Below, piece after piece: positions 57,078-64,000 of a stretch of DNA of 64,000 bases. Every line of letters starts with the position of its first letter. Position 1 is the stretch's first letter. The notes under the pieces are model-generated. The model saw only the letters and a program-made list of their open reading frames with translations. It searched no databases and was not told where the DNA came from. This stretch comes from Bacteroidales bacterium (GTDB taxonomy: Bacteria > Bacteroidota > Bacteroidia > Bacteroidales > VadinHA17). The DNA lies in the NCBI GenBank assembly GCA_049654745.1, contig JBASIK010000145.1, positions 14,122 through 78,121 of the forward strand. Reading direction: 5' to 3'. The translations under genes were made by a program, and so were the position numbers.

Positions 57078-58202
57078 ATGAAAGCGATACAGATGGCCGA
57101 TTTACGGGCACAGTATGAGAGACTCAAACCGGAGATAGATAAAGCCATAAATGAAGTGCTACTTTCAACGAATTTTGTCAAAGGGCCGGAAATAAAAAAG
57201 TTTGAAGATGAACTGGCTCAATACCTTGGTGCAAAGCATGTAATATCATGCGGCAACGGAACAGATGCACTGCAGATCGCTTACATGGCACTTGGCCTCA
57301 AACCGGGTGATGAAATCATAACTACAAGCTTCACCTTTATTGCCACAGTAGAAACAATGGCGCTTCTAGGACTGAAGCCTGTATTTGCCGATGTTGACGA
57401 AAAGACCTTTAATATTTCCCCTGCTGAAATCAGAAAAAGACTCACCCCCTCAACTCGTGCTATAGTTCCGGTGCATCTTTTCGGTCAATGTGCCAATATG
57501 GAAGAAATTTTAAGAATTGCAGAAGAAAATAGTCTTTACGTTATTGAGGATACGGCTCAGGCTACTGGCGCTGAATTCATCTTCAGCGACGGAAAAAGAA
57601 AAAAAGCAGGAACAATGGGCATAGCAGGTACAACTTCTTTTTTTCCTTCAAAAAACCTTGCATGCTACGGCGATGGCGGTGCAATTTTTACTGATGATGA
57701 TGAGCTTGCCCGTAAAATGAGAAGTATTGCAAATCATGGGATGCAGGAAAGATATCATTACGAATGCATTGGAGTCAACTCACGACTTGATACCATTCAG
57801 GCCGCCATACTCCGCGTAAAGCTTAAATACCTCGATAGTTTCAATGAAGCACGGCAAAAGGCCGCTTTATTTTATGATGAAGCTTTTGCCAGCTGTCCGG
57901 AAATAATTATACCCGGCAGAACAGAAAACTCAACACATATATTCCATCAGTATACCATACGAGTTCTCAACGGAAAAAGGGATCTTCTGAAAAAACATCT
58001 GCAGTCGAGGAATATCCCGACAATGATATATTACCCCCTTCCTATACATATGCAGAAAGCCTACAGATACCTGGGATGGAATGAGGGAGATCTGCCTGTA
58101 ACCGAACAGCTTTGCAAAGAAGTGCTCTCCCTGCCTATATGTCCAGAAATTGAAAGGGAACAGCTTGAATACATTGCAAAATCTGTTCTTGAATTCTTTT
58201 AG
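57078..58202 (+). CDS. DegT/DnrJ/EryC1 family sugar aminotransferase (WbpE/WlbC-like)
   Basis: FEDELAQYLGAKHVISCGNGTDAL, TSFTFIATVE and SFFPSKNL (PLP Lys). Confidence 0.8.
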   Translation: MKAIQMADLRAQYERLKPEIDKAINEVLLSTNFVKGPEIKKFEDELAQYLGAKHVISCGNGTDALQIAYMALGLKPGDEIITTSFTFIATVETMALLGLKPVFADVDEKTFNISPAEIRKRLTPSTRAIVPVHLFGQCANMEEILRIAEENSLYVIEDTAQATGAEFIFSDGKRKKAGTMGIAGTTSFFPSKNLACYGDGGAIFTDDDELARKMRSIANHGMQERYHYECIGVNSRLDTIQAAILRVKLKYLDSFNEARQKAALFYDEAFASCPEIIIPGRTENSTHIFHQYTIRVLNGKRDLLKKHLQSRNIPTMIYYPLPIHMQKAYRYLGWNEGDLPVTEQLCKEVLSLPICPEIEREQLEYIAKSVLEFF

Positions 58203-58229
58203 TTTTTGATTGTAAATAAAAACAATAAT

Positions 58230-58808
58230 ATGGAAAAAGAATATTTTGCCCATGAAACAGCAGTAATTGACGAAGGTTGTAAAATCGGAAAGGGAACGAA
58301 AATATGGCACTTCAGCCATATTATGACAGGATGTGAAATTGGAGAAGGGTGTAACCTTGGTCAGAATGTGGTCGTTTCACCGGGAGTAAAACTTGGCAAA
58401 AATGTGAAGGTCCAGAATAATGTATCAATTTATACGGGTGTCATTTGTGAGGATGATGTTTTCCTGGGTCCTTCAATGGTCTTTACCAATATCATCAATC
58501 CGAGAAGCGCCATTGTAAGGAGGGATAAATATGTAACCACAATTGTTGAAAAGGGTGCCACAATAGGAGCCAATGCCACTATTATCTGTGGTAACCGCAT
58601 CGGCCGTTATGCTTTTGTTGGAGCCGGAGCTGTTGTAACAAAAGACGTAAAGCCTTATGCTCTTGTGGTAGGAAATCCGGCCAGGCAAATAGGATGGATG
58701 AGCGAATACGGTCACCGTCTTAACTTTGATGAAAATGGCATTGCAGTATGCCCGGAAAGCGGTGAAAAGTATAAGCTCGAAAATGGAAACGTTTCCAAAA
58801 TTTGTTAG
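58230..58808 (+). CDS. Left-handed beta-helix N-acetyltransferase (WbpD/WlbB-like)
   Basis: IWHFSHI, hexapeptide repeats, [25 protein letters not shown] and [13 protein letters not shown] closely parallel WlbB/WbpD. I prefer the ATG at 58230 over the TTG at 58206. Confidence 0.8.
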   Translation: MEKEYFAHETAVIDEGCKIGKGTKIWHFSHIMTGCEIGEGCNLGQNVVVSPGVKLGKNVKVQNNVSIYTGVICEDDVFLGPSMVFTNIINPRSAIVRRDKYVTTIVEKGATIGANATIICGNRIGRYAFVGAGAVVTKDVKPYALVVGNPARQIGWMSEYGHRLNFDENGIAVCPESGEKYKLENGNVSKIC

Positions 58809-58828
58809 TTTTACTGCCTGATTTTTAA

Positions 58829-59791
<963 letters not shown>

Positions 59792-59792
59792 G

Positions 59793-61085
59793 ATGATATT
59801 TGACAGACTTATAAATAAAGAAACCAAACTTTCAGTAAATGGTCTAGGTTATGTCGGGCTGCCAATTGCACTGGCATTTGCAAAAAAGCTTAGTGTAATA
59901 GGCTTTGACATAAAAGAAGACCGTATTCAAATGATGAAAAAGGGAATTGATCCCAGTAATGAACTGCCACCAGAAGAATTTGAAGGCACCGATATATATT
60001 TTACATCCAATCCGGATGATTTACGGGAAGCCTCTTTCCATATTATAGCGGTCCCAACCCCTATCGATAAACATAACCTCCCCGACCTTAAACCAGTACT
60101 CAGCGCTTCGGAAACAGTAGGCACCATATTGAAAAAAGGAGACTATGTGGTGTATGAATCCACTGTTTATCCGGGCTGTACCGAAGAAGACTGTGTACCT
60201 GTTCTTGAGAAATTTTCCGGATTAAAGTATAAAGAAGATTTTAAAGTTGGTTTCTCCCCCGAAAGAATTAATCCAGGAGATAAAAATCATACCCTTACGA
60301 AAATTGTTAAGATCACCAGCGGCTGTGATGCTGAATCGGCTGAAGAGATTGCAAGGGTTTATGAGCTGATCATCGAAGCTGGAGTTTACAGGGCAAGTTC
60401 TATTAAGGTAGCTGAAGCGGCAAAAATCATCGAAAACACACAACGCGACATCAACATCGCCTTCATGAATGAACTCTCTATCATATTTAACAGGATGGGC
60501 ATCAATACTTATGAAGTAATTGAAGCTGCTTCAACAAAATGGAACTTCCTGAAATTTTATCCAGGCCTTGTGGGAGGCCACTGTATCGGTGTCGACCCTT
60601 ACTACCTTTCATATAAGGCAAAAGAGCTGGGATACCATCCGCAGATTATCGATTCAGGCAGGTTTGTAAACGACAGCATGGGCCGTTATGTAGGCAAACA
60701 AACTATAAAAAAGATTATTGCGAACGAAAAAAACCCAAGAGATGCACGCATACTTGTAATGGGGATTACCTTCAAGGAAAATGTGACTGACATCCGGAAT
60801 TCAAGAGTAGTGGATGTTATCAATGAGATGAAGGATTTTGGTGCAACAGTGGAGGTGGTCGACCCTGGTGCATCGCCGGAGGAAGTGAAAAACGAATACG
60901 GCATTGAACTCGCCACAGCTCCTTCGGGCATCTACGATGCTGTGGTTGTCGCAGTTAGTCATAAAGAGTATCTCGACCTAGATGAAAACTTCTTCACATC
61001 ATTGCTGAATTCCGATGGAGTTTTAATAGATGTGAAAGGCATCTACAGGGGAAAAATAAAAAATATCAGATACTGGAGTCTTTAA
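59793..61085 (+). CDS. Nucleotide-sugar 6-dehydrogenase (UDP-N-acetylhexosamine dehydrogenase, WbpA/WbpO-like)
   Basis: VNGLGYVGLPIALAFA, catalytic GGHCIGVDPYY and RNSRV. 430 aa. Confidence 0.75.
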   Translation: MIFDRLINKETKLSVNGLGYVGLPIALAFAKKLSVIGFDIKEDRIQMMKKGIDPSNELPPEEFEGTDIYFTSNPDDLREASFHIIAVPTPIDKHNLPDLKPVLSASETVGTILKKGDYVVYESTVYPGCTEEDCVPVLEKFSGLKYKEDFKVGFSPERINPGDKNHTLTKIVKITSGCDAESAEEIARVYELIIEAGVYRASSIKVAEAAKIIENTQRDINIAFMNELSIIFNRMGINTYEVIEAASTKWNFLKFYPGLVGGHCIGVDPYYLSYKAKELGYHPQIIDSGRFVNDSMGRYVGKQTIKKIIANEKNPRDARILVMGITFKENVTDIRNSRVVDVINEMKDFGATVEVVDPGASPEEVKNEYGIELATAPSGIYDAVVVAVSHKEYLDLDENFFTSLLNSDGVLIDVKGIYRGKIKNIRYWSL

Positions 61086-61086
61086 A

Positions 61087-62115
61087 ATGAAAAATCTTAT
61101 ACTGGTAACAGGTGGAACCGGATATATAGGTTCTCATACAATGGTTGAACTGGTAGAGAAGGGCTTTGAGGTTATATCCGTTGATAGCCTGCATAATTCG
61201 GAAGCCTGGATAAATGACCGTATTGGTATGATAACCGGGAAAACACCTCCTCTGGAAATATTCGACCTTTGCGAAATAGACAGACTCGACAATCTTTTCA
61301 AAAAATACCCCGGTATATCAGCCGTGATTCATTTCGCAGCATTCAAAGCTGTTGGTGAATCAGTGGAAAAACCCCTCGAATACTACCGCAATAACATCCT
61401 CTCCACAATCAATATCCTTGAAATGATGAAAAAACACCAGGTAAAATACATGGTGTTCTCATCTTCATGCACAGTTTACGGACAGCCCGACAAGCTTCCT
61501 GTTACAGAAGATTCTCCCCTGCAACCTGCAACTTCACCTTATGGTAATACTAAGAAAATTTGTGAAGATATCATAAGAGATACAACTGTGGCTTCCAATG
61601 AAATAAAGGCAATTTCACTCAGATACTTTAATCCAATAGGAGCACATCCTTCTGCTCTCATAGGCGAACTCCCCAGAGGCGTACCCGAAAACCTTGTACC
61701 ATTCATTACACAAACAGCTATTGGACTGAGGGACGAACTCAAAGTATTCGGAAACGATTATAATACACCCGACGGTTCATGTATCAGAGATTACCTACAT
61801 GTTTCCGACCTTGCAAAGGCTCATGTAAAAGCTGTTGAACGCCTTATCGGAGGCAGTAACAAGAAAGATTACGAAATTTTCAATCTTGGCACCGGTAAAG
61901 GAGTTTCAGTCCTTGAAATAATTAACACTTTTGAAAAAGTAACAGGGATAAAACTGAAATACAGAATTACCGGCCGCCGAGCGGGAGATATTGAAAAAAT
62001 ATGGGCCGATGCCACCCTGGCTAATAAAGAGCTCGGCTGGAAAACTGAATATTCCCTTGGTGATGCCCTTAAATCAGCATGGGAATGGGAAAAAAACCTG
62101 CGTAAAATGAAATGA
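61087..62115 (+). CDS. galE: UDP-glucose 4-epimerase
   Basis: VTGGTGYIGSH, SSSCTVYG, YGNTK (YxxxK) and RDYLHVSDLA. Confidence 0.85.
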   Translation: MKNLILVTGGTGYIGSHTMVELVEKGFEVISVDSLHNSEAWINDRIGMITGKTPPLEIFDLCEIDRLDNLFKKYPGISAVIHFAAFKAVGESVEKPLEYYRNNILSTINILEMMKKHQVKYMVFSSSCTVYGQPDKLPVTEDSPLQPATSPYGNTKKICEDIIRDTTVASNEIKAISLRYFNPIGAHPSALIGELPRGVPENLVPFITQTAIGLRDELKVFGNDYNTPDGSCIRDYLHVSDLAKAHVKAVERLIGGSNKKDYEIFNLGTGKGVSVLEIINTFEKVTGIKLKYRITGRRAGDIEKIWADATLANKELGWKTEYSLGDALKSAWEWEKNLRKMK

Positions 62116-63176
62116 ATATGAAAAAAACCATTCTTGTTACAGGAGGTGCAGGATTCATAGGCTCTCATGTAGTGAGGCGGTTTGTAAATAAACATCCTGA
62201 TTATTTGATAGTTAATGCCGATAAGCTGACATATGCCGGCAATCTTGAAAATCTTGCTGATGTCGAAAAATCTCCAAATTACATATTCGAAAAAACAGAT
62301 ATTGTTGATAAAAAAACTGTTGTAGACCTATTTAATAAATACCAATTCGATGGAGTGATTCACCTTGCAGCAGAGTCGCATGTTGACAGGTCAATAGATA
62401 GTCCCGACGATTTTGTAATGACAAATGTTGTAGGAACCGTAAACCTGCTGAATGCAGCCCTTGCATCGTGGAATTCACACTTTGCCGGAAAACTTTTTTA
62501 TCACGTCTCAACCGACGAAGTTTATGGAACACTTGGGAAGAAAGGTTCATTTACTGAAAAAACCCCATACGATCCAAAAAGTCCTTATTCTGCTTCAAAA
62601 GCCAGTTCTGATCACTTCGTAAGGGCATATTTCAATACTTACAAATTGCCGATAATTATTTCAAACTGTTCAAATAATTATGGCCCAAACCAGTTTCCTG
62701 AAAAACTCATCCCTTTGATGATAAACAACATAAAAAACAATAAACCACTGCCTGTATACGGAAAAGGAGAAAACATCAGAGACTGGCTTTATGTTGAAGA
62801 TCACGCTGCGGCAATAGATTTAATATATCATAAAGGGAAAATTGGTGAAACTTATAACATAGGTGGTAATAATGAATGGAAGAATATTGACCTTGTGAGG
62901 CTACTGTGCAAAATAATGGACCGTAAACTTGGACGAATGGAGGGTTATTCAGAAAAACTGATAACATTCGTTAAAGATCGTCCGGGGCACGATTTCCGAT
63001 ATTCTATCGATTCATCCAAACTTAGAAATGAACTTGGCTGGCAGCCTTCCGTAAGTTTCGAGGAAGGGATCGAAAAGACAATTGACTGGTATCTTGAAAA
63101 TACAAGATGGCTGGAGAACGTTGTCTCAGGTGAATATGAAAAATATTATGAAAAGATGTACCTGAAAAGAGGTTGA
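62112..63176 (+). CDS. rfbB: dTDP-glucose 4,6-dehydratase
   Basis: VTGGAGFIGSH, STDEVYG, YSASKASSDH, RDWLYVEDH and GHDFRY. Confidence 0.9.
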   Translation: MNMKKTILVTGGAGFIGSHVVRRFVNKHPDYLIVNADKLTYAGNLENLADVEKSPNYIFEKTDIVDKKTVVDLFNKYQFDGVIHLAAESHVDRSIDSPDDFVMTNVVGTVNLLNAALASWNSHFAGKLFYHVSTDEVYGTLGKKGSFTEKTPYDPKSPYSASKASSDHFVRAYFNTYKLPIIISNCSNNYGPNQFPEKLIPLMINNIKNNKPLPVYGKGENIRDWLYVEDHAAAIDLIYHKGKIGETYNIGGNNEWKNIDLVRLLCKIMDRKLGRMEGYSEKLITFVKDRPGHDFRYSIDSSKLRNELGWQPSVSFEEGIEKTIDWYLENTRWLENVVSGEYEKYYEKMYLKRG

Positions 63177-63182
63177 TCCTGC

Positions 63183-64000
63183 TTATGCCGAAATTCTGAT
63201 CTTCTCCAATATAATGTCCGCTTCTGCCGGCCTCTCCTCAATTTCACGAAGAACAGTTTCCACAATGGGATTTTCCTCATATAAACCCCTCACCTGCTGG
63301 TAATCTTCAATTTTCTCCATATTGTCTCCATCAATCCCGAATCCTGTCATTGAAGCGGCAGAATATTCCTTACCAGCATCTTCCAGTAGTTTTTCATTCA
63401 AGAATATAAGACTATTTTTCCACCTGATAACTATATCGGATAGATCTTCTGTTGATAATTTACTCATTGGCTTCCCGTAAACTTTTTCCAGATAATCTGC
63501 AGTCCATTCCCACACCCATTCATTATAGTTGTCATTCATCCTTCTGAAGGCAGAATATATCTCCTCAAGTGAATCAATCTCCCCCGACTCTATCATTGAA
63601 ATCAGTTTTTCAACCTCTTTTTTAGGTGCAATAAGGCCTGCAAGGTCAACCCATTCACCTTTTCCTGAACTGCCATTGCAATCGATGCATTTCCTGAGCT
63701 GGTCGTGGGAATTAATTTCTCTGCCGGCAAGCCTTTCAATCAGAACACTGCCTATGAACTTATTAATGCCCATTTTATAAAGTTCAATACCTCTTTGCAG
63801 TGCAGAGGAAGTTATTTTCAGATTGTTATTATAACAGTAAAATTCAGGATTGCCATCAGAATTATCTCTCAGATAAGAAAGCATTTCTATGCCTCTTACC
63901 ATTCGGTTAGCAGAATAAGGAGTAAGATACAGGAAATTTATAAAATCAATTTTATCAGGATCTTTTCTTATATCGCGAAGAGACCATTTAATTTCATCTC
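63183..64000 (-). CDS. Hypothetical protein, C-terminal part (gene continues beyond the window)
   Basis: I hand-translated the frame upstream of the Met at 63902. It stays open to position 64000 (..DEIKWSLRDIRKDPDKIDFINFLYLTPYSANRMVRG..), so the 239-aa track ORF is probably the C-terminus of a larger protein. Function not recognised. Confidence 0.6.
   Translation of the reverse strand, partial: DEIKWSLRDIRKDPDKIDFINFLYLTPYSANRMVRGIEMLSYLRDNSDGNPEFYCYNNNLKITSSALQRGIELYKMGINKFIGSVLIERLAGREINSHDQLRKCIDCNGSSGKGEWVDLAGLIAPKKEVEKLISMIESGEIDSLEEIYSAFRRMNDNYNEWVWEWTADYLEKVYGKPMSKLSTEDLSDIVIRWKNSLIFLNEKLLEDAGKEYSAASMTGFGIDGDNMEKIEDYQQVRGLYEENPIVETVLREIEERPAEADIILEKIRISA

Overview
This 64-kb window looks like chromosomal DNA from a Bacteroidota genome. 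The evidence is exact TAnnTTTG -7 promoter boxes, the gliding/type IX secretion genes gldH, porX and a PorW/SprE-like gene, a FISUMP-domain protein, a CarboxypepD_reg-type TonB receptor, and a tRNA without encoded CCA. About 56 protein genes are tightly packed on both strands. Most are housekeeping: gltX, metG, pgk, nrdJ, tdh-kbl, holB, trmB, tsaE, waaA, tpx, Fe-S carrier genes. There is also an RND efflux operon (TolC/MFP/RND) with a MarR repressor, a NarL-type two-component pair, secreted GH16, GH26 and FISUMP proteins, and at the right end a WbpE/D/B/A-like + galE + rfbB sugar-nucleotide block. One tRNA-Gln(CTG) is present. I saw no CRISPR array, integrase, transposase or rRNA. Items worth a second look: (1) a visibly AT-richer three-gene cassette between an LD-carboxypeptidase gene and metG, made of an unknown 176-aa protein, a DpnA-like beta-class m6A methyltransferase and a translationally coupled 179-aa PD-(D/E)xK nuclease. 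This is the only candidate for an uncharacterised defence-type system, and it may be an ordinary R-M system. (2) A perfectly phased array of 27 x 8-bp units (consensus CCAGCTAA) filling the tdh-kbl spacer. (3) A 38-nt duplication of the tRNA-Gln 3' end next to a decayed thrombospondin-type-3-repeat gene. (4) An alkyltransferase-like (PAHRV) MGMT-family protein. (5) Paired palindromic operators at the MarR/RND promoter. All functional calls rest on motifs read from the translations and on recalled family signatures. No database search was possible.
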